Assembly: GCA_043821025.1 (NCBI GenBank)
Contig: JBDRDF010000032.1
Coordinates: 11,261-75,260 of the forward strand
Length of the DNA stretch: 64,000 nucleotides
Direction of reading: 5' to 3'
DNA from: Candidatus Omnitrophota bacterium
GTDB taxonomy: Bacteria > Omnitrophota > Gorgyraeia > Pluralincolimonadales > CAZUZR01
Part shown: piece by piece, positions 54,050 to 63,634 of the stretch
Layout: each line of letters starts with the position of its first letter
Position numbering within the stretch: the stretch's first letter is position 1
The notes under the pieces: generated by a model
Database searches by the model: none
Seen by the model: the letters and a program-made list of their open reading frames with translations, nothing else
What the model was told of the DNA's origin: nothing
Made by a program: the position numbers and the translations under genes

Positions 54050-56254
54050 ATGGTCAATATGGAAAAAGTCACAATTCCAATAGAAGGCATATCCTGTTCA
54101 TCCTGCGTTGCGAAGATAGAGCACGCCTTAAAAAGGCAGCAGGGGGTTATTACCGCAAACGTCAATTTTGCGACTAAGAAGGCGACGATAGAATATAATC
54201 CGTCAGAAATAAATTTAGCCGGTTTAAAAAAGGTTATCGAAAACATCGGATATAAACCCTTGGAGGCAGAAGAAACCACTGATGTTGAGGAGAAAATCCG
54301 CGCAAGAGAATACAGCAATTTAAAGCTCAAGTTTACGATAAGTGCGATTCTAACCACTTTTATTTTAATTTTTAGTTTTCGTGCGACGTCGTTCATAATT
54401 CTCTTTATTTTAACCACGCCTGTCCAATTCTGGGGCGGATGGCAGTTCTTCAAAGCTACATATGTCGCGGCCAAACATAAGACAACGGATATGAACACAT
54501 TGATTGCAATGGGCACCTTCGCCGCATATTTCTACAGCGTCGTCGCTACGTTTTATCCGGAATTTTTTACCAAAGGCGGTTTTAAGGTAGAGGTTTATTA
54601 CGATACAGCGGCAGTTATCATTACCCTCATTCTGTTAGGCAGGCTTCTGGAAGAAAAGGCTAAAGGTAGGACATCCGAGGCAATAAAAAAACTCATTGGT
54701 TTAAAGCCGAAGACAGCAAGGGTTATAAGGGACGGAGATGAAATAGACGTTCCAATAGAAGAGGTCAAAAAAGGTGACTTAATATTAGTCAGGCCCGGGG
54801 AGAAGATACCGGTTGATGGGATTATAAAAGAAGGTTCGTCTTTTGTGGACGAATCTATGTTAACCGGCGAATCTATGCCTGTCGAGAAAAACGTTGGAGA
54901 TGAAATAATAGGTGCTACGATAAATAAATCAGGCGCTTTTAAGTTTGTAGCGACGAAGGTTGGTAAAGATACAGCGTTAGCGCAGATTATAAAATTGGTA
55001 CAAGATGCACAGGGTTCGAAAGCGCCGATTCAACGGTTAGCTGATAGAATTTCAGGTTTTTTTGTCCCCATTGTTATTACTATTGCGATAGCAACGTTTA
55101 TAATATGGTATCTTATCGGACCACAACCACAGCTTACATACGCATTGTTGAATTTTGTTGCGGTGTTGATTATTGCTTGTCCTTGCGCTTTAGGTTTAGC
55201 AACGCCCACAGCGATTATGGTAGGAACAGGCAAAGGTGCTGAGTATGGCGTGCTGATTAAAGGAGGCGAGGCGCTTGAAGTGGTGCACAAGGTAGATTCC
55301 GTTATATTTGATAAGACGGGGACTTTGACGAAAGGCAAACCAGCAGTTACCGATATTGTTGTAAGCGAAGGTAGTTCTAAAGATGATGTGCTTTTACTTG
55401 CCGCCTCCGTCGAAAAAAACTCCGAACACCCATTGGCAGAAGCGATCGTGAATATGGCACGCGAAAGAAATTTAAAATTAGAGCAGCCCTCGCAATTCAA
55501 CGCTATCGCGGGTCAGGGAGTAAGGGCAAAGGTTGAAGATAGAGAGGTTGTTTTAGGAAATCTAAAATTTATGAAGGATAATAATATCAATGTTGAAGGT
55601 TTAGGATCCAAAGCAGAGGAATTTTCTAACGAAGGCAAGACGCCGATATTTTTAGCGGTTAATGACAAAGCAATGGGTTTGTTTGCTGTAGCGGATACTC
55701 TAAAAGACAAGTCCAAGGAGGCAGTCGATGCGTTGCACAAAATGGGACTCGAAGTAATCATGATCACCGGAGATAATAAACGTACGGCAGAAACGATCGC
55801 GAAAAGATTAAATTTAGATGAGACCTTAGCAGAAGTTCTGCCAAAAGATAAGGCAAATGAGATTAAGAAATTGCAAGGACAAGGCAAAAGGGTCGCGATG
55901 GTAGGCGACGGAATAAATGACGCTCCCGCATTAGCACAGGCCGATATTGGAATTGCTATCGGAAGCGGCACGGATGTTGCGATGGAATCTTCGGACATTA
56001 CCTTAATTAAGGAAGATTTACGAGCTGTCATAACAGCGATTCAGCTTTCTAAACGGACTATGCGCACGATAAAGCAGAATCTATTTTGGGCGTTTTTCTA
56101 CAATGTTGCCGCAATCCCAATTGCCGCTGGTGTCCTATACCCTTTTTTTGGGATTTTACTGAGCCCAATTTTTGCGTCTTTTGCCATGGCATTTAGTTCG
56201 GTCTCGGTTGTAACAAATTCCTTGCGTTTGCGTAACTTCCACCCTAAAATATAA
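54050..56254 (+). CDS. copA: Copper-translocating P1B-type ATPase (CopA)
   Basis: It has the HMA domain [15 protein letters not shown], the TM6 motif CPC ([12 protein letters not shown]), and DKTGTLT and GDGINDAP. Confidence 0.85.
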   Translation: MVNMEKVTIPIEGISCSSCVAKIEHALKRQQGVITANVNFATKKATIEYNPSEINLAGLKKVIENIGYKPLEAEETTDVEEKIRAREYSNLKLKFTISAILTTFILIFSFRATSFIILFILTTPVQFWGGWQFFKATYVAAKHKTTDMNTLIAMGTFAAYFYSVVATFYPEFFTKGGFKVEVYYDTAAVIITLILLGRLLEEKAKGRTSEAIKKLIGLKPKTARVIRDGDEIDVPIEEVKKGDLILVRPGEKIPVDGIIKEGSSFVDESMLTGESMPVEKNVGDEIIGATINKSGAFKFVATKVGKDTALAQIIKLVQDAQGSKAPIQRLADRISGFFVPIVITIAIATFIIWYLIGPQPQLTYALLNFVAVLIIACPCALGLATPTAIMVGTGKGAEYGVLIKGGEALEVVHKVDSVIFDKTGTLTKGKPAVTDIVVSEGSSKDDVLLLAASVEKNSEHPLAEAIVNMARERNLKLEQPSQFNAIAGQGVRAKVEDREVVLGNLKFMKDNNINVEGLGSKAEEFSNEGKTPIFLAVNDKAMGLFAVADTLKDKSKEAVDALHKMGLEVIMITGDNKRTAETIAKRLNLDETLAEVLPKDKANEIKKLQGQGKRVAMVGDGINDAPALAQADIGIAIGSGTDVAMESSDITLIKEDLRAVITAIQLSKRTMRTIKQNLFWAFFYNVAAIPIAAGVLYPFFGILLSPIFASFAMAFSSVSVVTNSLRLRNFHPKI

Positions 56255-56281
56255 AATATCTTTTAAAATTCGGAGGTGATT

Positions 56282-57694
56282 ATGCAAAAGTTTAATGGGA
56301 AAATAGCATTAAAAATATTTTTTCTGGGCGTTATTGTATCTTTTGCTATTTTTACTTCAAGCGAAACAGAAGGCGAACTAAGGTCCGGCGTTCACGCTAA
56401 CATTTCAGGATGGTATTTAATCTGGCAAGACGAATTTGAAGTGGATAAGCTTGATTTGTCCAAATGGAGAATCGAAGATGCCGCGTTAATAAAGAACAAC
56501 GAACTGCAATATTATACCCCTGAGGAGGTATACGTCCATGACGGTGTATTAACGCTTAGAAGTCAAAAGAGGCAAATGGGCGGTCGTGAGTATACCTCTG
56601 GTCTCGTTGAGACAAGGGGAAAGTTCTTTTTTCAGTATGGACGTGTGGAGGTCCGCGCGAAACTTCCTGGGACCAAAGGGTTGTGGCCAGCTCACTGGTT
56701 GTTGCCCAATAGCGGGAAATGGCCGCCTGAAATCGATATCATGGAATTGGTCGGGCACAGGCCTAATAGAGTTCACATGACAAATCATTATGGCATCTGG
56801 CCACATAACAGATACGAATCCTCCACCTATTCCGGCCCGGATTTCACAAAGGATTTTCATACCTTTGCCGTTGAATGGGAGCCGAACGAAATCCGTTGGT
56901 ACGTGGATGGCACGCAGCGTTTTTCTACCAAAAAGCACGTTCCGCAGGAACCGTTTTTCATTATTCTTAATACAGCGGTGGGGGGGAATATGCCCGGAAA
57001 TCCGGATGACACGACGGTATTCCCTCAGCATCACAATATAGATTACGTTCGCGTATATGGCAAAGAAATTCCAGGGACTTATTTTTTGGCAACATCAGCC
57101 AATAATGGGTATATAATAACCGAACCCAAACAGGACAGATATAAAAAGAGGTCAAGGGTAAAGCTTACGGCAGTGCCGAATATAGGGTATAAGTTTAGCC
57201 ACTGGAGCGGAGATGTCTTAGCCGAGGGGAATCCAGCCACTATCGTTATGAATAGACATAAAAAAATTACAGCACACTTTGTTATCGATCCAAATGCCCC
57301 AAAACTGCTTTCACAAGGTAAAACCGCTTATGCCTCTTCATTGGAAAATCAGTCATATCCCGCATCAAATGTTGTAGATGGCAATCTAAATACTCGCTGG
57401 TCGTCGGAGTTTTATGATCCCCAGTGGATTTATATTGACCTTGGGGAAGTCCATTCCATGGAAGCGGTAAGATTACAATGGGAGAGCGCCTACGGCAGAG
57501 AGTATAAGATTCAGGTATCAGATGATGCTAAAAGTTGGAGGACTGTATATTCAACGGAAAACGGCATCGGCAAAATGGAAGAGATAACTAATTTAAACGC
57601 TTCGGGAAGATACGTTCGTATTTATGGAACTGCTCGCGGTAAAGAATGGGGTTACTCCCTATGGGAATTTGAGGTCTTTGGCCGGGTTCAATAG
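56282..57694 (+). CDS. GH16-family beta-glucanase (laminarinase-like) with a C-terminal F5/8 type C (discoidin/CBM32-like) domain
   Basis: SD sequence GGAGGTGA is present. The catalytic motif is ExDxxE (EIDIME). The C-terminus has NVVDGNLNTRWSSE...QWIYIDLG. Confidence 0.7.
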   Translation: MQKFNGKIALKIFFLGVIVSFAIFTSSETEGELRSGVHANISGWYLIWQDEFEVDKLDLSKWRIEDAALIKNNELQYYTPEEVYVHDGVLTLRSQKRQMGGREYTSGLVETRGKFFFQYGRVEVRAKLPGTKGLWPAHWLLPNSGKWPPEIDIMELVGHRPNRVHMTNHYGIWPHNRYESSTYSGPDFTKDFHTFAVEWEPNEIRWYVDGTQRFSTKKHVPQEPFFIILNTAVGGNMPGNPDDTTVFPQHHNIDYVRVYGKEIPGTYFLATSANNGYIITEPKQDRYKKRSRVKLTAVPNIGYKFSHWSGDVLAEGNPATIVMNRHKKITAHFVIDPNAPKLLSQGKTAYASSLENQSYPASNVVDGNLNTRWSSEFYDPQWIYIDLGEVHSMEAVRLQWESAYGREYKIQVSDDAKSWRTVYSTENGIGKMEEITNLNASGRYVRIYGTARGKEWGYSLWEFEVFGRVQ

Positions 57695-57695
57695 A

Positions 57696-57727
57696 TTGTA
57701 AACCAAAATCTTAATTTTGGTTGACAA
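57696..57727 (+). promoter_or_regulatory. BirA-type biotin operator (bioO): TTGTAAACC-N14-GGTTGACAA, overlapping the -35 box
   Basis: The half-sites at 57696-57704 and 57719-57727 match E. coli bioO (TTGTAAACC...GGTTTACAA) with one mismatch. Confidence 0.55.
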
Positions 57728-57749
57728 TTAGCCCTCCTTAAATTATAAT
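57721..57749 (+). promoter_or_regulatory. Consensus sigma70 promoter TTGACA-17-TATAAT of the bio operon
   Basis: TTGACA is at 57721-57726 and TATAAT at 57744-57749. An inverted repeat GCCCTCCTT/AAGGAGGGC (57731-57739 and 57758-57766) flanks the -10 box, and its downstream arm is the SD. Confidence 0.6.
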
Positions 57750-57773
57750 CTTAATAAAAGGAGGGCGTTATTT

Positions 57774-58760
57774 TTGTGTTTCATAGAAAAATTAAGAGAT
57801 AAAGTTCTCTCCGGCGAAGATATTTCATTCGGCGAAGCAGAGGAATTATTAAATACATCCGAACGCGAATTTTATTCACTTCTTAGTACCGCAAATTCCA
57901 TCCGCGGGAAATATCGAAGCAATATCGTAAACTTATGTTCCATCACAAACGCGAAATCCGGAAACTGCCCTGAGGATTGCGCATTTTGTTCTCAGTCCAG
58001 CTATCATAATGCTGATGTCCCGGAATATCCCTTACTTTCTGCCGATGAGATATTGAATAGAGCCAGAGAAGCTGCTAAAGTAAAGACGAACAGGTTTTGT
58101 ATCGTTATAAGCGGCAGAGGGGTAGATGAACTAGATGAACTTGATACCATTTGCGATGTGATTAGAAAAGTAAGGGTTGAATTCCCGAAACTTAAAATCG
58201 ATGCCTCCCTCGGATTTATTTCTAAAGAAGGGATTTATAGATTAAAGGAGGCAGGCCTTACAAGGTATAACCATAATTTAGAGACGGCAAAAAGCTATTT
58301 TTCCAGCGTATGCACAACTCACCGTTACGAAGATAGGGTCGCAACCATCAAGGATTTAAAGGAAGCAGAATTGGAGGTCTGTTGCGGCGGGATTTTCGGA
58401 TTGGGCGAGACGCAAAATCAGAGATTGGAGCTTGCATTCGCGTTAAGGGAATTAGATGTTGATTGTGTTCCGATCAATTTTTTAAATCCAATAGCCGGAA
58501 CGCAATTTGAAAATAACCCGCCTTTAAAACCATTGGAATTGCTTAAGATGATTGCTATCTATAGATTTATCCTGCCGAAAAAAGAGATAAGGATCTGCGG
58601 TGGCAGGCAAGTAAATTTACGAAGCCTTCAACCATTGATTTTTACTGCTGGAGCAGATGCGATTATTATCGGAAATTACCTAACGACCAAAGGCAGTACT
58701 CCTGAAGAAGATTTAAAGATGATAGAAGATATGGGATTAAAAGTCGATGGAGCCTCTTAG
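57774..58760 (+). CDS. bioB: Biotin synthase (radical SAM)
   Basis: A TTG start lies 7 nt after AGGAGGG. It has Cx3Cx2C (GNCPEDCAFC) and YNHNLET. Confidence 0.85.
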   Translation: MCFIEKLRDKVLSGEDISFGEAEELLNTSEREFYSLLSTANSIRGKYRSNIVNLCSITNAKSGNCPEDCAFCSQSSYHNADVPEYPLLSADEILNRAREAAKVKTNRFCIVISGRGVDELDELDTICDVIRKVRVEFPKLKIDASLGFISKEGIYRLKEAGLTRYNHNLETAKSYFSSVCTTHRYEDRVATIKDLKEAELEVCCGGIFGLGETQNQRLELAFALRELDVDCVPINFLNPIAGTQFENNPPLKPLELLKMIAIYRFILPKKEIRICGGRQVNLRSLQPLIFTAGADAIIIGNYLTTKGSTPEEDLKMIEDMGLKVDGAS

Positions 58761-59913
58761 GAAGGAATTGGACGAATTAGAGGAGAGGGGACTGCGTCGT
58801 GTTTTGCGCCTTTTGGAAGGCGAGCAGAGAGAAAAGGTCGTAGTTGATGGGAAGGAAGTTCTAAATTTTTGTTCGAACAATTATTTGGGGCTTGCTAATG
58901 ATGAGCGCTTGAAAAACGCAGCGAAAGAAGCGTTAGATAGATACGGATTGGGTTCGGGTGCATCGAGGCTCGTCGTCGGAAATATGAGCCTTCATAGAAG
59001 ATTGGAAGAGAAGATAGCCGCCTTCAAGGGTTACGAGGCGGCTTTATTATTTAATTCTGGCTACACTGCAAACTTGGGTGCAATTTCAGCATTGTGCGGG
59101 AAGAACGATATCGTATTCTCCGATAAATTAAATCATGCCTCCATAGTCGACGGTATTCTCTTAAGCCGAGCAGAATTTAAGCGTTATCCGCATAAGGATA
59201 TGGACGCCCTTGAGGATATGCTTAAAAATTCAGATGGATTTAGGCGCAAGATAATTATAACCGATACGATTTTTAGTATGGACGGAGACATAACGCCGTT
59301 GCCAAAGATCGTTGAGTTAGCAGAGAAATACGGTACATGGGTTTACATAGACGAAGCGCATGCAACAGGCGTCTTAGGTAAAAAAGGCAAGGGAGCGGTT
59401 GAGCATTTTGGTTTAGACGGAAAGGTCCGGGTTCAGATGGGGACTTTAAGTAAAGCAGTTGGTTCGTTCGGCGCATTTATCTGCGGCTCTAAAACGTTAA
59501 TCGATTATTTGATAAATAAGTCGAGAGGTTTTATCTATACGACATCTCTTCCGCCTTCAATTTGTGCGGCATCTATTGTAGCTTTGGAAATAATCGAGAG
59601 GGAATCCGAGTTACGTAAGAAATTATGGGAAAACGTCGCATTTTTAAAAGAGGGCTTGAAGGAGCTTGGGTTCGATACATTGGAAAGCCAGACGCCTATA
59701 ATTCCGATTTTGACGAAAGAGCCAAAGATCACAATGGAATTTAGTAAAAGGTGTTACGAGTATGGAATTTTTGTGCAGGGCATTCGCCCGCCGACGGTGC
59801 CGGAGGGAAAAGCGCGGCTTAGGGTTACAGTTATGGCAACACATAAGAGAGGCGATTTGGAAAAGGCACTCGATTTGTTTAAAAAGGTCGGCAGAGAGTT
59901 GTGGATAATATAA
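58747..59913 (+). CDS. bioF: 8-amino-7-oxononanoate synthase
   Basis: It is a fold-type I PLP enzyme with the lysine motif GTLSKAVGSFG. It sits in the bio operon. Confidence 0.8.
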   Translation: MEPLRKELDELEERGLRRVLRLLEGEQREKVVVDGKEVLNFCSNNYLGLANDERLKNAAKEALDRYGLGSGASRLVVGNMSLHRRLEEKIAAFKGYEAALLFNSGYTANLGAISALCGKNDIVFSDKLNHASIVDGILLSRAEFKRYPHKDMDALEDMLKNSDGFRRKIIITDTIFSMDGDITPLPKIVELAEKYGTWVYIDEAHATGVLGKKGKGAVEHFGLDGKVRVQMGTLSKAVGSFGAFICGSKTLIDYLINKSRGFIYTTSLPPSICAASIVALEIIERESELRKKLWENVAFLKEGLKELGFDTLESQTPIIPILTKEPKITMEFSKRCYEYGIFVQGIRPPTVPEGKARLRVTVMATHKRGDLEKALDLFKKVGRELWII

Positions 59914-60647
59914 TGAATTACCAAATAAGAGGAAAGGGAAGGAATCTCTTTTTCATTCACGGTTGGGGATGCGATTCTCGAGTTTGGGCAAAACTGGTAG
60001 AATCGCTATCGAAAAAATTCTGTGTAATAACGATAGACTTAAGGGGATATGGCAAGTCGGAATGGAGAAGCGAGAATGATTTGCTCGATGCTTTTGCGAC
60101 TGATATTTTGATGCTTTGCAAGGAATTGAATTTAAAGGAGATAAATTTTATAGGTTGGTCTTTAGGTTGCTATGTAATTTTTGAGCTACTTGGGAACGCG
60201 CCTGAAATTATAAACTCAATTGTTTTAGTCGGTGGCACCCCAAAATTTTTAAAGGGCGATGGATTTGAGTTCGGATTCGAAGGGTCAAATTTAAGGCTTA
60301 TGAGGCGTAGGTTAAATCGGGACTTCAATGGTGCGCTTTTAGATTTTTGTCGTTCGATATTTTTTGAAAACAACGAAGGACCGCAACCAAATAAAGATGC
60401 GTTGATTTCGAGCTTAAATATATTGGAGCACGCCGATTTCCGGCAAGATATAAAACGGATTGATACGCCAACGCTGATTGTCTGTGGCGAAGGCGATTCG
60501 ATAACTCCAAAAGCTGCATCCGAATACTTGCACAAGGAGATTAAAGGTTCAAAATTGGTAATCATAAAGGATGCCGGCCATGTTCCCTTTTTGACCCGCC
60601 CAAAAGAATTCAATCGGATTTTAGAAAAATGGATAAACGGAAGATAA
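59901..60647 (+). CDS. bioH: Pimeloyl-ACP methyl ester esterase (alpha/beta hydrolase)
   Basis: It has the GWSLGC nucleophile elbow. The N-terminus is colinear with E. coli BioH (LFFIHGWGCDSRVW...DLRGYGKS). Confidence 0.7.
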   Translation: MDNIMNYQIRGKGRNLFFIHGWGCDSRVWAKLVESLSKKFCVITIDLRGYGKSEWRSENDLLDAFATDILMLCKELNLKEINFIGWSLGCYVIFELLGNAPEIINSIVLVGGTPKFLKGDGFEFGFEGSNLRLMRRRLNRDFNGALLDFCRSIFFENNEGPQPNKDALISSLNILEHADFRQDIKRIDTPTLIVCGEGDSITPKAASEYLHKEIKGSKLVIIKDAGHVPFLTRPKEFNRILEKWINGR

Positions 60648-61435
60648 CCGCTTTTTCAAGAGCTGCCAAAACATACGATGAAAATGCTTGGCTTCAGCGC
60701 GAGATGTGGGGTGAGCTTTTTCAGCGCCTTAAGCCTCTAAGTTTAAATTATAACCATATAGTAGATATAGGAATGGGAACCGGAAGGCATACATATGAAT
60801 TGGCTGTCCTTTATCCGGATGCTTTTGTAGTCGGGTTTGATATAGCATCGGGCATGGTTAAATATGCAGCGGACAAAAGATCGTTCCCATCGAATAGGCC
60901 GTTTGTATTACAGGCAGATTTAAATGAGATGCCGTTTAAAGAAGAATCATTTGATATTGCCGTATCTAATGTCGTATATCAAAGTATTCCGGAACTTTTC
61001 GAAGCTTTTTTAGATGTCGAAAGAATTTTAAAACCCAAAGGATTTTTCTGTCTCTCTTTGTTGACAAAAAATACACTATATGAATTACATCTTTCTTTTG
61101 AGAGGGCTTATAAAAATATAAATGGCCTGATACCGCCAACAATTCACGATCATCCTACGGATTCAGCCGTGCTTAGCGCTTTAAAAAAAGCTGGGTTTTC
61201 TATTGTTAAGGTTATGAGATTTAAAAGGCGCCCTGCTTATAAATCAACGTACGAAATCCTCGAGTGGTTAAAAAACATCGGCGCAAATCATCATTATGAT
61301 AATTGGATTCAAGGTATAGGAGGTAGGGCGGTCTTGAAAGAGATAGATGAGATTTACAAAGAAAGATATTCTTCAAACGGCACAATTTTCGCTACCCTTG
61401 AAGGTTTAATAATAAGCGCGAAGAGGAAAGATTGA
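60629..61435 (+). CDS. bioC: Malonyl-ACP O-methyltransferase
   Basis: It has the BioC N-terminus (FSRAAKTYDENAWLQREM) and the SAM motif DIGMGTG. Confidence 0.7.
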   Translation: MDKRKITAFSRAAKTYDENAWLQREMWGELFQRLKPLSLNYNHIVDIGMGTGRHTYELAVLYPDAFVVGFDIASGMVKYAADKRSFPSNRPFVLQADLNEMPFKEESFDIAVSNVVYQSIPELFEAFLDVERILKPKGFFCLSLLTKNTLYELHLSFERAYKNINGLIPPTIHDHPTDSAVLSALKKAGFSIVKVMRFKRRPAYKSTYEILEWLKNIGANHHYDNWIQGIGGRAVLKEIDEIYKERYSSNGTIFATLEGLIISAKRKD

Positions 61436-63549
61436 GGAAGGGAATTTTTATAACAGGGACTGATACCGAGATCGGAAAGACATTTATCGGCGCCGCAATC
61501 GCTTACGGCTTAAAGAAGAAAGGCATCGACTGCGGCGTTATGAAGCCCATTCAATCTGGGGCGATAAAAAAGGATGGTAAGTTAATTTCGCAGGACGCTG
61601 AATTTTTAGTTCGAGCAAGCGACGCAAGGGATGAACTTTCTTTAATCAATCCATATTGTTTTAAAGTTCCGCTTGCCCCAAGCGTGGCTGCAAAAATAGA
61701 AAGAAGAATTATATCGCCGAAAAAGATAATCAACGCATTTAACGTCTTAAGCGCTAGACATCAATTTATGATTGTAGAAGGTGCGGGCGGACTTTTAGTG
61801 CCTATAAGCGATGGATATTTGATGAAGGACCTTGTCTTAGATTTAAATTTACCGATTTTGATAATCTCCCGTTTAGGGTTGGGCACAATAAATCACACGC
61901 TTTTGACAATCGAGGCCGCCCGTAATTTAGGGATTAAGAACGTTGGGATTATATTTAATCAGATCGAAGATAAACCCTTAACGATATGCGAAAAGACAAA
62001 TCCAAAGATAATCTCGAATTTGACAGGAGTTCCGATATTAGGAGCAATCTCACACATTCCTAAGATCGATGCGAAGCGGATTAGGTTAAATATATTAGAA
62101 GATGTTGTGAAGAAAATAGATCTGTCTTCAATTTTGAATGAGAATGGCACAGCTGATAAGAATTATCTAAAAGTTTGGGACAGAAAATATATTTGGCACC
62201 CATTTACGCAAATGAAGGACTACGAAAAAGCAGAGCCTTTGGTTATCGAGGAAGGAAAGGGCTCGTATTTAAAAGATATCGATGGCAGATGGTATTTAGA
62301 CGGCGTATCTTCTTTATGGGTAAATGTCCATGGGCATAGAAACGAAAGATTAAACAGGGTTGTTCGAGAGCAATTGAATAAGATTGCACATTCAACTTTG
62401 CTAGGCGTAGGTAATGAACCCTCAATTGAATTGGCGAAGCGATTGATAGGAATTGCACCTCGTGGCTTGACGAAGGTATTTTATTCAGACAATGGTTCTA
62501 CGGCGGTTGAGATAGCGTTGAAGATGGCGTTTCAGTATTGGCAGCAGAAAGGAAAAAAGGAAAAGGTAAAGTTTATCACTTTTGTAAATGCATACCATGG
62601 AGACACAATAGGCTCGGTTAGCGTCGGTGGCATAGATTTATTTCACAAGATTTATAAGCCGCTTTTGTTTAAATCAATTAAGGTCAATGCCCCATATTGT
62701 TATAGGTGCCACCTAAGTCTGACTTATCCAAAGTGTAAGATAAGATGCCTTAGAGAAATAGAGAGGACAATGAGACGATATCATAACCACGTTGCAGCAC
62801 TTATAATCGAGCCCTTAATTCAAGCGGCAGCGGGAATGATTACACAGCCCAAGGGATTTATTAGAAGATTGCGTAAGTTGTGCGATAGATATGGAATTTT
62901 ATTGATTTTAGATGAGGTTGCCACCGGTTTCGGAAGGACTGGTAGGATGTTCGCATGCGAGCATGAAAATGTCACGCCGGATTTTTTATGCCTTGCTAAA
63001 TCTATCACAGGAGGATATTTGCCATTGGCGGCAACGCTTACTACGGACGAGGTCTATTCAGGATTTCTCGGGGATTACTCTGAGAAAAAGACATTTTTTC
63101 ACGGACATACCTATTCGGGAAATCCATTGGCATGCAAAGTAGCAATCGCTAATTTGGAAATTTTTAAGAAAGAGAAAACATTAAGGAAACTGCAGCCAAA
63201 AATAGAATTTTTAAAGAATAATTTAAGGAGATTTTACGATTTAGACCACGTAGGCGACATAAGGCAACAGGGGATGATGACTGGGATTGAGTTGGTAAAG
63301 AATGAGTCAACAAAAGAACCATATAAATGGGAAGATAGGACAGGGTGGAAGGTGATAGAGGAATTAAGAAAACATGGAATTATCTTAAGGCCGCTTGGGC
63401 CAGTCATCGTCCTTATGCCGCCGCTCAATATCTCCATAAAAGACCTTCGTTTTCTGTTGCGCACCACTTATAATGCCATAGGGACGGTTCTGATGCCAAA
63501 GCTAAAAGTGTCCCCTTATCCACAAGGAAAGGGACACTTCCCTGATTAG
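61432..63549 (+). CDS. bioDA: Bifunctional dethiobiotin synthetase (BioD) / adenosylmethionine-8-amino-7-oxononanoate aminotransferase (BioA) fusion
   Basis: The N-terminal P-loop reads ITGTDTEIGKT (BioD). From about residue 255, the BioA part reads YIWHPFTQM, with class III aminotransferase motifs. Confidence 0.75.
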   Translation: MRKGIFITGTDTEIGKTFIGAAIAYGLKKKGIDCGVMKPIQSGAIKKDGKLISQDAEFLVRASDARDELSLINPYCFKVPLAPSVAAKIERRIISPKKIINAFNVLSARHQFMIVEGAGGLLVPISDGYLMKDLVLDLNLPILIISRLGLGTINHTLLTIEAARNLGIKNVGIIFNQIEDKPLTICEKTNPKIISNLTGVPILGAISHIPKIDAKRIRLNILEDVVKKIDLSSILNENGTADKNYLKVWDRKYIWHPFTQMKDYEKAEPLVIEEGKGSYLKDIDGRWYLDGVSSLWVNVHGHRNERLNRVVREQLNKIAHSTLLGVGNEPSIELAKRLIGIAPRGLTKVFYSDNGSTAVEIALKMAFQYWQQKGKKEKVKFITFVNAYHGDTIGSVSVGGIDLFHKIYKPLLFKSIKVNAPYCYRCHLSLTYPKCKIRCLREIERTMRRYHNHVAALIIEPLIQAAAGMITQPKGFIRRLRKLCDRYGILLILDEVATGFGRTGRMFACEHENVTPDFLCLAKSITGGYLPLAATLTTDEVYSGFLGDYSEKKTFFHGHTYSGNPLACKVAIANLEIFKKEKTLRKLQPKIEFLKNNLRRFYDLDHVGDIRQQGMMTGIELVKNESTKEPYKWEDRTGWKVIEELRKHGIILRPLGPVIVLMPPLNISIKDLRFLLRTTYNAIGTVLMPKLKVSPYPQGKGHFPD

Positions 63550-63571
63550 CACAAGAACCGTCCCTTTTTTC

Positions 63572-63599
63572 TTGACAATGTTCAAATTTTTATTATACT
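63572..63599 (+). promoter_or_regulatory. Sigma70 promoter TTGACA-16-TATACT of the TetR gene
   Basis: TTGACA is at 63572-63577 and TATACT at 63594-63599. Confidence 0.5.
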
Positions 63600-63600
63600 A

Positions 63601-63624
63601 TATTGAGTGAGCACTCACTCAATA
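63601..63624 (+). promoter_or_regulatory. Perfect 11-2-11 palindrome TATTGAGTGAG-ca-CTCACTCAATA (candidate TetR autoregulatory operator)
   Basis: It lies directly between the -10 box and the SD/ATG (63635). Confidence 0.55.
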
Positions 63625-63634
63625 AGGAAAGGAT

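Noticed and set aside
55030-56031. Two minus-strand ORFs (156 and 172 aa) within copA
   Set aside because: They are antisense to a P-type ATPase with all canonical motifs. Their Ser/Ala-rich translations are artefacts.
63550-63571. Possible terminator after bioDA (GGGAC...GTCCC + T6)
   Set aside because: The stem is only 5 bp with a 24-nt loop. This is too weak to call, although the T-tract at 63566-63571 is suggestive.
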